DNA of 63,374 bases from Octopus bimaculoides. Taxonomy: Eukaryota. Position 1 is the first letter of the stretch. Each line of letters starts with the position of its first letter. The position numbers and the translations under genes are program-made. The DNA is taken from positions 6,221,428-6,284,801 of the forward strand of contig NC_068993.1 of assembly GCF_001194135.2 (NCBI RefSeq), read 5' to 3'. A model generated the notes under the pieces. It was not told the origin of the DNA. It did no database searches and saw only the letters and a list, made by a program, of their open reading frames with translations. Shown here piece by piece: positions 37,184-49,830 of this stretch.

Positions 37184-38053
37184 CTCTTTATCACAGGTTT
37201 CGTTGGAGCACTCGGAATGCATTGTATTCAATGACCCGGATGTTACAAGCTTTTTATAAGAAACTATAGACATCATTCTTCACCCTCTGAATTAGCGCTC
37301 ATAAAGCAAACGTTTGATCAAATGCATTTCCACCATGACCCTCCCATCTTGTATTTCTTTAACTGCATTATCTCATATATCCTTTTCATTATTAAATACT
37401 GTATGTGTGATTCGGGGGAGCATTTGGCTGCTGTTTCGGGCAAATTAATAGACCATGAAGCGGTTTCATATTTGACTCGTAAACATTGTTAGTTTTATTG
37501 TATAGTGGTTAATTAGAAATGTTGCTTAATTAAGCAGTAATTATTGCTTCAGTTGCAGAATAGTATTATTTAATTAACTAGATAATATTGTTCTACTGAC
37601 CAAATTCTTCAGTTCCATTGACAATGTTCTGCCATTCCATTAGCTCCGTGTTATTGTTCCATTTACTAGTTATATTGATGCGAGTATTTCATAAGTCATA
37701 GGGCAGTGTGTCATCTTCGAATTTGGCTATGCTACATTAAGGAAACTGAGTTCTTGGAGTCGGTCGAGCAACTGAGAGAAGTATATAGCTATGAAGCGAT
37801 AAATCCGTTGTACGTCTGTTGCTTTATCAGAATATGCTGTCCAAGGAAGCTAACTGCACCCATGCATCTTACCTTTGACTCCCTGTATGAACCCTGAGAC
37901 AGAGAGGCAAACGACCACTGACCGGCATCGACGTGGTGTTTAGCTGGCCGAATCCAAATCACAACCTTTGTGTTCACACGCTTTCACCAGTGTGTTTGCT
38001 GATACTCATAACATGGTGCTCCGGTATGGTCATGTCAACTGGCTGCAATCTAC

Positions 38054-38061
38054 ATAATAAC

Positions 38062-38133
<72 letters not shown>

Positions 38134-38292
38134 AAGAAGAAGAAGAAGAAGAAGAAGAAGAAGAAGAAGAAGAAGAAGAAGAAGAAGAAGAAGAAGAAGA
38201 AGAAGAAGAAGAAGAAGAAGAAGAAGAAGAAGAAGAAGAAGAAGAAGAAGAAGAAGAAGAAGAAGAAGAAGAAGAAGAAGAAGAAGAAGAAT
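38054..38292. repeat. Compound (AAT)n-(AAG)n microsatellite
   Basis: Direct reading; about 190 bp of pure AAG. Confidence 0.98.
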
Positions 38293-38294
38293 TC

Positions 38295-38490
38295 CTACAA
38301 TAGGCACAAGGCATGAAATTTTAATGAAGAAGAACAAATCGATTACAGCCATCCCAGTGTTGAACTAGTACTTATTTTATCGACCTCGAAAGAATGAAAG
38401 GGAGACTCGACCTCGACGGGATTTGAGATCAGGACATGAAAAATGGACGAAATACCTGCTAACGGTTTTGCCAGCTCGTCGCCTTAACAA
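38295..38490 (-). mobile_element. SINE family A
   Basis: GTACTTATTTTATCGACCTCGAAAGAATGAAAGG..CTCGACCTCGACGGGATTTGA..GCTAACGGTTTTGCCAGCTCGTCGCC. Confidence 0.85.
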
Positions 38491-39364
38491 CAATTACAAC
38501 AAATATATAAATAATAATAATTAAATACGGTTTTTTTGCCGGTGTGTAAGTCGCACTCATGCATAAAACAAACCGCTACATTTTTGTAGGAAAAGGTATA
38601 TCATATGGAAAGAAGAAATTAATATGCTTCATCATATATTAGGTATCCCATGGCAATATCTTATTGCATTTAAGAACAAAAAGACTTGTCTTATTCGCCG
38701 GCATATACGATATACCATTGCTATGATATATCATTGCTACTCATGTGTAACATCCACAATGAAACATTTAACTTGCTGTTTCTGTAAAGCAAAGCATCAA
38801 CAGCAACGAAAAGGTAAAAAAAAAAGGATGTATAAAAAATGTGTTTTACGGAGAAGAGGTTCAATGAATCTTACCTGTCATCTAGAAACCTTTTAAGGAA
38901 CTTCTCCAAAGAAAGTCGATAAATATAAATACCAAAAACGGAAAAAGAATAAAATAAAATGACTGCAAATATGAGAGGATGTTTTATTTTAATACGAAAA
39001 GCAATAACCTCATTTTATATATAATATTTCGAATTGAAATTTTTTTTTCTATGGCTAACTAAAAATGTTATATGAAATGAAAATAATCACCGATGATATT
39101 TGGTTGATGCTAAATCGAAGATTAAATGTTTTGCGAATTGAATTTTGTTGTTGTTGTCTTGTTTTGTTTTGTTTCTGTGGTATTTCTGAAGCAATGTGGA
39201 TATTGGAATATTTATATAATGAGAGATTCTTCAAAATACAATTCAAGAATGTAGGCACGCATTGTTTTCTTGGAACAAAAAAGAAATCAAAAGAGATTTT
39301 ACGAAAGAGGTATTCTTCGTTGGTGCTATCGATAAATACCTCACATAATATATTGAAAACTCTT

Positions 39365-39383
39365 TATTATTATTATTACCATT

Positions 39384-39476
<93 letters not shown>

Positions 39477-39480
39477 TGTA
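39365..39480. repeat. Compound (ATT)n-(AGT)n microsatellite
   Basis: Direct reading. Confidence 0.95.
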
Positions 39481-39710
39481 TTGTTCCTATTGTTGTTTTA
39501 TTGGAATCGCTGGTATATATTATTAAATACGTGGGATTAGTTTATTAACAGAATATAAAATTATTTGTTTGGTTTTCTATATATTTATTCGTTTCTTTGT
39601 TGCTTGTTGCCGTTTGCGTTGTTGCTTCGTTAGTTTGTGTCTCTGCCTCCTCAAACATTTCATTTTAGTTCAATATAATTTCTTGCGGATTATGTAACAC
39701 AAAAGAATTT

Positions 39711-39758
<48 letters not shown>

Positions 39759-40774
39759 CACAGACACACACATATATATATACATATATATATGTATATA
39801 CATATATATATATTTGTGTATATATATACATATATGTACATACACACACACTATATATATATGTGTGTATATATATAAATACATACTATATATATACATT
39901 CTATATATCTATACATACGTGTATATACATATATATATACATATATATATACATATATATATACATATATATATATATATATGNNNNNNNNNNNNNNNNN
40001 NNNNNNNNNNNNNNNNNNNNNNNNNNNNNNNNNNNNNNNNNNNNNNNNNNNNNNNNNNNNNNNNNNNNNNNNNNNNNNNNNNNNNNNNNNNNNNNNNNNN
40101 NNNNNNNNNNNNNNNNNNNNNNNNNNNNNNNNNNNNNNNNNNNNNNNNNNNNNNNNNNNNNNNNNNNNNNNNNNNNNNNNNNNNNNNNNNNNNNNNNNNN
40201 NNNNNNNNNNNNNNNNNNNNNNNNNNNNNNNNNNNNNNNNNNNNNNNNNNNNNNNNNNNNNNNNNNNNNNNNNNNNNNNNNNNNNNNNNNNNNNNNNNNN
40301 NNNNNNNNNNNNNNNNNNNNNNNNNNNNNNNNNNNNNNNNNNNNNNNNNNNNNNNNNNNNNNNNNTACATATACACATAAATATACATAAGTATATATAT
40401 ATTTATTTACGTGTGTGTGTCTTTATGTGTGTGTGTTTGTGTATGTATGTACGTGTGTATGTATGTATGGATGGATGGATGGATGCTAGCAGTAATGCCA
40501 CGTCTTACCTGGTATTTATTAATACCGAAAATAAGCCAAATCACACGAATTCACTATATTTTAGGATAAATTCATTTAAGAAAATTCCGAAATCCTTCCT
40601 ATTCTCAGGGAAAACTGATTCACAGTGAATTCTTGCATCCAAGCCTGATGGTTCGAGTTCGGCTTCATAAACATGCACATATTAATTAATTAATTAATTA
40701 ATTAATTAATTAGAACCGGAAATTAGTTTTCGAATCTGCATTTTTCAATAACTATTTTGCTTCTGGGAAAGATG

Positions 40775-40903
40775 CTTCGCGGCAGTTCGTCCATCTTTAC
40801 GTTCTGAGTTCAAATGCCGCCAGAGTCAACTTCGCCTTTCATCCTTTCGGGATCGATAAATTAAGTACCAGTTGCGTACTGGGATCGATCTAATCAACTA
40901 CCT
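40775..40903 (+). mobile_element. SINE family A fragment
   Basis: TTACGTTCTGAGTTCAAATGCCGCC..CGCCTTTCATCCTTTCGGGATCGATAAATTAAGTACCAG. Confidence 0.9.
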
Positions 40904-40904
40904 T

Positions 40905-41055
40905 GATTTTCCGTCTACCAAATCTACTTACAAGGCTTTGGTCAGCCCGAGACTATAGTAGAAGACACTTGCCCAAGGTGCCACGCAGAGGTACTCAACC
41001 CGGAACCATGTGGTTGGGAAGCAAGCTGCTTACCACGCATTCACTCCTGCGCCTA
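40905..41055 (-). mobile_element. SINE family B, 5' half, abutting the family A copy
   Basis: TTTCCGTCTACCAAATC..GAAGACACTTGCCCAAGGTGCCACGC..CCGGAACCATGTGGTTG..ACTCCTGCGCC. Confidence 0.92.
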
Positions 41056-41287
41056 TATATATAGGTTATATTCTGTTAAAAACGTAGTAGAGTACAGTAC
41101 AAAGCTCGTCAACCTTCATCTTTCACCTCGTGCTATCCAACAATATTATTATACGTACTTCCAGATTTGCGTTGGGGCTTCTGTAGTGTGTGAATGGATG
41201 ATTGAACAAGTTGGTGTCAATAAGGAGTACAGAAGAACACTAAAATTAATTATATACATACATATATATATATATATATATCGTACG

Positions 41288-41311
41288 CTGAAGAAGGGAA
41301 ATAACCCTGAA
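41288..41311 (+). ncRNA. Hammerhead ribozyme core, cut by an assembly gap
   Basis: CTGAAGA-AGGG-AAATAA-CCCT-GAA then N; perfect 4-bp stem II. Confidence 0.6.
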
Positions 41312-41321
41312 NNNNNNNNNN

Positions 41322-41352
<31 letters not shown>

Positions 41353-42083
41353 TTGTGCGTGTGTGTGCGCGCGCTATAAGACAAAGAAATGAAGGTAAAT
41401 GACCTGATTTTGCTGGATCAGGCAGTGATTATATCCTTGAGGAAATATTTCTCTTAACTCATGTATAATTTTGAAAAGGACGATAATATATCTCTGACAA
41501 AAAGAAAACGAAAATAAATGTGTAATTATCCAAATACAAATATTTTGAAACGGAGGCAGAGATAATTAGGATACGATGAGTGAGGACCGAAGCAATCTTA
41601 ATTTTAATACATATCATGGGAATAATTAAAATGCTACAAATACGCAAATATATAATTCAAACACAAGGAATTATATACGGCATAAAAGAAATAGCTGCAT
41701 ACATACGTTCATCTATCTATCTATCTATCTATCTATCTATATCTCTATTTATCTATCTGTCTATCAATGAATGTATGTATATATAATAGCTGCTGGGTGG
41801 CCAGTAGCGACAAATTACAGGACTCAATACAAATGTAGAGTACTGTTTAATATAGTATAAGTGAAAGGCTCCGATTTCCGGTACTCAGAGTTACTCGTTT
41901 CCGATCATCAGTTAGTAAACCGAGCCTGCTTTTCTTTTGAAACATTCACTGTTTGAATATTCTTTGAAACATGGAATGAAGCTCTGAAGAAAGCGCTTAA
42001 CCTTTTGTTTAAAAAGCTTTGTGAAAAAGACGTGCAAAAACGGCTGCTTCAAACGCTTTTGATTTCATTTTGGGTTCCCGTGG

Positions 42084-42263
42084 TAATATCATTTTAAACA
42101 TCTTAAGCTCTATAGAAACGAAGTCATGAAATTACGTTGCTGTTTAATTAATATTCTAAATTAATACTNNNNNNNNNNTAATATCATTTTAAACATCTTA
42201 AGCTCTATAGAAACGAAGTCATGAAATTACGTTGCTGTTTAATTAATATTCTAAATTAATACT
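42084..42263. other. 85-bp exact direct duplication flanking a 10-N gap (likely unmerged contig overlap)
   Basis: 42084-42168 is identical to 42179-42263. Confidence 0.9.
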
Positions 42264-42325
42264 TTGAAGCAACACATTTAATTAATGTTTTTAAAAACAA
42301 CGAGTGTGTATGTGGGTGTTCATTT

Positions 42326-42359
<34 letters not shown>

Positions 42360-42627
42360 CTACTATTCCATGCTAAAAACACATTCGCATATGCATGCAC
42401 TCATAGAGGCATGCATACATACAGATATAGGTTATGCATGTTCATATATGCGTGCTAACGCGTGGCTAGAATAGAGTAGTCGCGGAAAATACGTGTCTAT
42501 AGTAAACACAAAGTTGTGTTTTGTTTGCGGTGCAGGCAAGTGGGGAAAATATGCCTACAAAGATTAGATGTTCATAAATTCGACGATATTTGTAATAACG
42601 ACTATCATAAATATAGCAACATCGAAC

Positions 42628-42775
42628 TCAGTGATCAACTGGCACTTATTTTATCGACCCCGAAAAGATATAAGGCAAAGTCGACCCCGGTGGCATTTGA
42701 TCCCAGAGCGTAAAGTAGGAAAAAATGGCGCTATTCCGTTTTTCCCATCATGATAACGTTTCTGCCAGCTCGTGG
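42628..42775 (-). mobile_element. SINE family A
   Basis: ACTGGCACTTATTTTATCGACCCCGAAAAGATATAAGGCAAAGTCGACC..AACGTTTCTGCCAGCTCG. Confidence 0.8.
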
Positions 42776-43883
42776 AATGATGACAAATATAGCAACGAAT
42801 TTAACAATAGAAGATACACAAAATTTCTGAAGAAGTGCTAAACAAAAGAAAATAAATGACATGAAAATAGGAAAAAAAAATTGGACAGAAACGAAGACAA
42901 ACAACACGAATAAAACAATGAGTATCGGGAACTGTCATGGCTGCCGGAAGTTAGTATCACGTTAAACATGATCACAACACATAAAGGACATGTTTTACAT
43001 GACAACACGAACGCACATATAGACACATAAGTATATATCTGAAACATATAGATATATGTATCTACATGTGTGTATATATATGTTTGTGAATTAATGTGTA
43101 TATTTATAAATATACAGGTCACTAGATAAATATTCATGCACATATGCATATAACTATATATATATATATNNNNNNNNNNNNNNNNNNNNNNNNNNNNNNN
43201 NNNNNNNNNNNNNNNNNNNNNNNNNNNNNNNNNNNNNNNNNNNNNNNNNNNNNNNNNNNNNNNNNNNNNNNNNNNNNNNNNNNNNNNNNNNNNNNNNNNN
43301 NNNNNNNNNNNNNNNNNNNNNNNNNNNNNNNNNNNNNNNNNNNNNNNNNNNNNNNNNNNNNNNNNNNNNNNNNNNNNNNNNNNNNNNNNNNNNNNNNNNN
43401 NNNNNNNNNNNNNNNNNNNNNNNNNNNNNNNNNNNNNNNNNNNNNNNNNNNNNNNNNNNNNNNNNNNNNNNNNNNNNNNNNNNNNNNNNNNNNNNNNNNN
43501 NNNNNNNNNNNNNNNNNNNNNNNNNNNNNNNNNNNNNNNNNNNNNNNNNNNNNNNNNNNNNNNNNNNNNNNNNNNNNNNNNNNNNNNNNNNNNNNNNNNN
43601 NNNNNNNNNNNNNNNNNNNNNNNNNNNNNNNNNNNNNNNNNNNNNNNNNNNNNNNNNNNNNNNNNNNNNNNNNNNNNNNNNNNNNNNNNNNNNNNNNNNN
43701 NNNNNNNNNNNNNNNNNNNNNNNNNNNNNNNNNNNNNNNNNNNNNNNNNNNNNNNNNNNNNNNNNNNNNNNNNNNNNNNNNNNNNNNNNNNNNNNNNNNN
43801 NNNNNNNNNNNNNNNNNNNNNNNNNNNNNNNNNNNNNNNNNNNNNNNNNNNNNNNNNNNNNNNNNNNNNNNNNNNNNNNNNNN

Positions 43884-43928
<45 letters not shown>

Positions 43929-44427
43929 GTATGTATGTATGCTTATATATATGTACGTATGTCTGTTTGTATGTATGTATGTATGTATGTATGTATGTAC
44001 ATATACGCATGTGTGTATGTGTGCATATAATCGGTGACTCAGTAATATATTTCCTGCTGCTGAATCTTGTTTCTTTCTATTTCTCTAGACATTCTGTTCG
44101 CTTTGCGGCTGTCTTCGATAATATGACTTATTTATCTATGAATATAGGCTATCTAATGTATATGAAAAGATACTGCAACGACTTTCTTTTCTTTCCGATC
44201 GATCTACCAAGATTCGCTTATATTGCATGGCTCATTTATAGTGAAATTTTCTCCGTATATACTCTAGTTTTGCTTTATATTTATTACGTGTAAAGATATG
44301 TTATATATTTTGGTATAAATGGCATTTTAACTTGTATACGTTCATCAGGAGATATTCAGATATGAGCGTGCATGTATAATTTAGATACAGACGTATATGT
44401 GTGTGTGTGTGTGTGTGTGTTTGCGTG

Positions 44428-44429
44428 TG

Positions 44430-44491
<62 letters not shown>
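44428..44491. repeat. (GATA)n microsatellite
   Basis: Direct reading. Confidence 0.97.
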
Positions 44492-44492
<1 letters not shown>

Positions 44493-44725
44493 CGGCGAAC
44501 TGGCAGAAACGTTAGCACACCGGGCGAAATGCTTAGCGGTATTTCGTCTGCCGCTACATTCTGAGTTCAAATTCCGCCGAGGTCGACTTAGACTTTCATC
44601 CTTTCGGGGTCGATTAAATAAGTACCAGTTAAGCACTGGGGTTGATGTAATCGACTTAATCCCTTTGTCTGTCCTTGTTTGTCCCCTCTATGTTTAGCCC
44701 CTTGTGGGTTGTAAAGAGAGAAGAT
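44492..44725 (+). mobile_element. SINE family A, near full length, low divergence
   Basis: GCGGCGAACTGGCAGAAACGTTAGCACACCGGGCGAAATGCTTAGCGG head, TTCTGAGTTCAAATTCC B-box, CTTTCATCCTTTCGGGGTCGATTAAATAAGTACC core and TTAGCCCCTTGTGGG tail. From memory the core resembles the Meta/MESC SINE domain (unverified). Confidence 0.93.
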
Positions 44726-44877
44726 AGATAGGTAGATAGATAGATATGCGTATACATATACATCCATATGATTAAATATATAAATTTATAAGTATATATA
44801 TATATATATATACATATACATACACACAAACGCACACACAAATACACAACAACAACAACTACAACAACCTCATTAAT

Positions 44878-44960
44878 CAGCTGGTATTTATTTTATGGAA
44901 CTCGACGGGATGAAAGGCAAGGTCAACCTCGGCGGAATTTGAACCCAGAACGTAAATTGC
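44878..44960 (-). mobile_element. SINE family A fragment
   Basis: CAGCTGGTATTTATTTTATGGAACTCGACGGGATGAAAGGCAAGGTCAACCTCGGCGGAATTTGAACCCAGAACGTAA. Confidence 0.85.
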
Positions 44961-46574
44961 GTGTGAGTATTGTGCGCATGCGTAAATATGTATGTTTGTG
45001 CGTGTCTGTCGTGAGGGTGTGTGTGTGTGTGTTGGCGTTTTATGTTTGCGTTTATAATGAATACGAGAAACACGATGGCAAAAACTTATATTGTGATGGC
45101 GGCTGCATTGTCTCAGTTATGAGATTAATGTTAAATGGAATCTATGGAAATAAGACATAAACGCAGCGATAACTGGAATATAAAAAAGTGCTGTATATAT
45201 GCAATAGAAGAACGATAATCTTACCATATATCCATATCAGGTAGTGTACTTGTACGGTGGGCGGTGTAAGTGTGGGGGTATACATGGATTTAATGTAGCA
45301 ATTTATATATGTATAATATACATGTATATATGTGTGTATATATTTGTAATTATATATATACATATATATATATGTATATATAAATAAATATATATATATA
45401 TAAATATAAACATACATACATACATATGTATATGTATACCATATGCCTGTGTATGTATTTATTTTATGTATGTATGTACATATTTCCATACATATTGTAT
45501 CTATATATGTATATATGTATGTGTAAATACGTATGTATACATACCTACATACACACTGAGATACATACGTTCATACGTACAGATATACATGTATACATGC
45601 ACACATACCTGCATAGACATGCAAACATATATGCACACATAAATACATACATACATACATACATAATTAGAGTACAACTGTGTATTTGTAAGTACGTTGT
45701 GAACATTTAATAAAAGTGTGTTAGTTAAAGAATGGAAGATTGAAAATTGAATGAAAGATAGTGAGAGAGAATAGAAAGAGAGAGGTGGGGAAGAAAGTGG
45801 GTGATATATAAAAACAAAACAAGGCAAAAATATTGTGATGAGGATGCTGAAGAATCAGAAGGGAAAAAATACTCCATTGATGTTCTCCATCATTGTTAAA
45901 CTGAAAGAATTCAAAGAGAAAATTACGATGTAACATATTTCTTAGTTTCTTACCGGAAGTGTATTTTTACGCTTTTATCTTATTAAAAGTCGCTCATTTG
46001 AAAAGAATATAATTGCATTTTTTCTTAATTTGAGGTTTGTTATAAATATTACTGCATGAGCTAATCACTAAGTTCTCTCTGCCATTTGAAATAACTCAGT
46101 TAGTTTACAGTATCGTAAAATATAACAAAATTGAAAAGCCTTTTTCTTGTTTTAGATATTCCGAGGATTATCTTTGGGTCTTTGACAGCCTAAAATTTTA
46201 GGTGTGCAGAAGCAATGCTTTGATACGAATCAAGAGAAAATTTATCGTGAGTGAAAGATAGCTTACCGTATAATTTTACATTACTTGCCTCTTAAACTAC
46301 GTTATGTGTTTAACGCGTCGTTAAGCAACACATCCTTCGTGATCGCTGTGCGTCACAAGATCAACTCTGTGTCATCTCTTCTCTTAAAGCAAAGAGAAAA
46401 AAAAAGATATATCTCCTGAAAGCAGAGAATAAAGCAGCAGTACAATATCTGTCGAAAATAGTTGACAGTTACAGGATTGGGTGAAACGTAATTCTTTCTA
46501 ATATTGGTACCAGACCAGCGAATGTGACGGGAGGGGCCAAACCGAATACATCGAACCCCAAAACTTTGATTCAT

Positions 46575-46880
46575 ATTTTATTTTATCGACATTGAAAGGT
46601 TGAACGGCAGATTTGGCCTCGGCGGATTTGGCTTCGGCAGGATTTGAGCTGGAAACTTAAAGAGACGAAAGTAATATCCTTTCTACTATTGCCATAAGGC
46701 CTGACACTTGGGCGAAGGGGGTGATCGATTACATGTTCAACTGGTACTTATGTCATCGACCCCGAAAGGATGAAAGACAAAGTCAACCTCGGTGGAATTT
46801 GAACTCAGAACGTAAGGACAGACGAAATGTCGCTAAGCATGTTGCCTACTGCGCTAACGTCTCTGCCAGCTCGTCACCTT
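46575..46880 (-). mobile_element. Two adjacent SINE family A copies
   Basis: The core appears at about 46580-46660 and again at 46740-46880 (TCGACCCCGAAAGGATGAAAG..GCTAACGTCTCTGCCAGCTCGTCACC). Confidence 0.85.
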
Positions 46881-47819
46881 AGAGCCGAAAGTAATATCAA
46901 TAAGCATTTGATCTGATGCACTATCGATTCAGCCCAGCCCACCACCTTTTGACTGAGTGATAATGAGGTTAGTAGATAAGGGATCGTTAGACGCCTTATT
47001 TGGTAATTATTTATAGAGAATAATGCTGTGTAAGAAGAGAAATGAGCAAGAATATTCCGAAGCCACATGGCCAATCCGTATGAGGTGGGGTTGAAGGAAG
47101 AATAACTGTCGTCTGTCCAACTGGTAAAAATCTATCGTCTGCTCTTCAGTAACGTGACATAAAGCCATAAGAAACTAATTTTAGATGTTAGTTCCCCGTG
47201 ATGTAAATGAATATATTTAATTCGTATGTGGAAATTTGTAATTGACAGAAAATTAATTATAATTTGCAAATTATAACACGATTAACGATGATAAACAGTG
47301 AAACAAAAAAACATTAGCTTCAAAAACGTTTCCTTGAATTTTTATCGTCTGTCATACATAAATATCTGCGCCAGCAATAACAACAACAACGACAAGAAAT
47401 CTTTAATTTGACTACACACGTCCTTCACGCTCATTTTATGCCACATTCCCGAAACCCAACGGCAGGAACAATAACAAAAACAACAACAAGAACGGGAACA
47501 GGAACAGCAAGTATAACAGGAATAACAACAGGAACAACTGCAATAACACAGGAATAAACAACAACAACAATTGCGTTACTACCGGAAACAACAATATCGG
47601 CGTCGACTGCAACAGGAAATGCTGTAACAGCTAGACACACATACATCCATTCATATATCCATACATACACAAACATACATGGATACATACACATACATAT
47701 AAATACACACACATACAAGCATACATACATGCATTCATATATACATAATTACATTCATACATACATACATGCATACATAAATACATACATTGTTACATAC
47801 GTATACATATATATATACG

Positions 47820-47870
<51 letters not shown>

Positions 47871-47887
47871 NNNNNNNNNNNNNNNNN

Positions 47888-47935
<48 letters not shown>

Positions 47936-47974
47936 TACTTACATACATGTATGTATATGTAATTAAAAAAGGCC

Positions 47975-48130
47975 AGTATTGTCGCATTCTGTGTCACGCT
48001 GAATCTCTTTGAGAACTACGTTAAGAGTACGCATGTCTGTCGAGTGCTCAGGCACTTGCACATTAATTTTACGAGCAGGCTGTTCCGTTGATCAGATCAA
48101 CTGGAATCTTCTTCGTCGTAACCAACGGAG
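47975..48130 (+). mobile_element. CORE-like SINE 3' part
   Basis: TCACGCTGAATCTCTTTGAGAACTACGTTAAGAGTACGCATGTCTGT..GCACTTGCACATTAATTTTACGAGCAGGCTGTTCCGTTGATC. Confidence 0.8.
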
Positions 48131-48589
48131 ATCCACACACACACACACCATTATGTATGTATATACACATACATACATACCTATATACCTACATACATAC
48201 ATACCTACATACATACACACATCGTATATGTTATTCAACAGTGGAAATAGCATTTTAAACGTAGATGAAGTTCTCTTGAATGAGTTCTCTGACCGTAAAA
48301 CTGTTCCTTGTCATCCAATGGTACATAGACTAACTTACTTGCAGTAGAAGAAGCCTCGTTACACCAGCTCGGTTTTATACACAAGTGCATATCCCGAAAA
48401 GTAGAGGATGCCAATATTAACAGGAACTGTAGCCTTTCCTAAATAAGTGATACATATATCATATTCAACCTAGAAATGGTAAATTTTCGTTATTAATAAA
48501 TTCCTTATCAATGAAAGACCTACAGATCTTTTCAGACTTTTACTTTCTTATGAAAGAAAATATCGATTATGCCATACCAGTGTGACAGA

Positions 48590-49000
48590 TATCGTCTATA
48601 TAATCAACAGCTGCCTTAATTCTCTGCAATTACTAACCTCCCACAAGACATTGTTGATCAAATCATTTACAATGTAATTGCCAAGAATGTATTCTTTCTC
48701 AGCAAAGCACAAACTGCAAGGTTTTGAGATGCTGGTCACACTAAAGATGTACGAAAACCAAAATATAAAAATAAATACTGGTTTAATACCTCAATATAAA
48801 CAACAAGCAGGTGCAAATATAACAGGCCTTATATTGTTCTCGGGGAGTGGGAACACAAGTCAAACGCAGGTTTATAAAGAGATCAACTTGCACAGCGGGT
48901 GTGAAAGGCTCGTCTAAAACTGGAGAAAAAACAACAAAAATTTATGAAGAATTAATAAGAAACTTACGGCTTTTGGAATGTAGGCTATAGATTTTTATTC
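48590..49000 (+). mobile_element. Possible highly decayed LINE ORF2 endonuclease-RT linker
   Basis: DIVDQIIYNVIAKN..KPKYKNKYWFN..KARLKLEK..GFWNV with stops; resembles the KPWF...FW linker pattern only. Confidence 0.3.
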
Positions 49001-49604
49001 ACACCTTTTATTATAGATAAACTGGGATATGTAACAACAGATTGGCGTAAAAACCTTGAAAGTCTTGGTAGGCTTCCAGGAATGAACTGCTTTGCATCCT
49101 TCAAATCTAATCGTTTCTTTACTGCACAGTGAAGATTTGTAAAACTTCCCAGCATTTTTTGTTCGTGTTCTTTGAAATAAACACATACGCAAAACTATAT
49201 TATCTATAATACGCATACACTGATTTAAAGAGAAATCACATTTCCGCAAATACCTGCATTAGGGAAATGTGAATAAGATATAAATTGCATTACACAAAAG
49301 GGCATATATATTCATATCTACATATACATACATACATACATACATACATACTTACATATATGAATGGACAAACAAAACAAAGTGGCACCTACGCATTTGG
49401 TAGGAGTTGCATATACTATAACAATAATATATATATACGCATGCACGCGCGCGCACACCACCACATACGCACACACCACCACATACGCACACACACTAAC
49501 GATGTTGTTGATAAGCCATACTCTACTTTCCATACAGAGAATCGCCAGCTATTCTCTAACATACGAGCCTATCACGAGGTACTAGGAACATGAGTATGAA
49601 TTGA

Positions 49605-49830
49605 TGCCACTACAAAATCGGTTTCAAATTGTGGCACAAAGCCTGCAATTTCGGGGGAGGGGCTATGTCGATCACATCGACTGCAATGCTAAATTGGTAC
49701 TTATTTTATTGACCCAGAAATTCGAAAGGCAAAGTCGATACTGTTGTCATTCGAACTCAAAATGTGAAGACGAACGAAATGCAGCCAGGCATTTTGCCCG
49801 ACGTGTTAACGATTCTACCAGTCGCCACCT
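49605..49830 (-). mobile_element. SINE family A
   Basis: GCCACTACAAAATCGGTTTC tail, TTGGTACTTATTTTATTGACCCAGAAATTCGAAAGGCAAAGTCGA core and GTTAACGATTCTACCAGTCGCC head. Confidence 0.75.

Noticed and set aside
38875-38903. Minus-strand CAG|GTAAGA donor with open frame KFLKRFLDD
   Set aside because: Requires a rare GAG acceptor; insufficient support.
40510-40630. Strong minus-strand CAG|GTAAGA donor
   Set aside because: All frames from plausible acceptors contain stops.
45208-45265. YLYGG kelch-like peptide ending at GTAAGT
   Set aside because: The acceptor lacks a pyrimidine tract and the motif is too short.
47455-47635. Thr/Gly-rich mucin-like frame
   Set aside because: Degenerate (ACA)n repeat with an in-frame stop and no splice signals.
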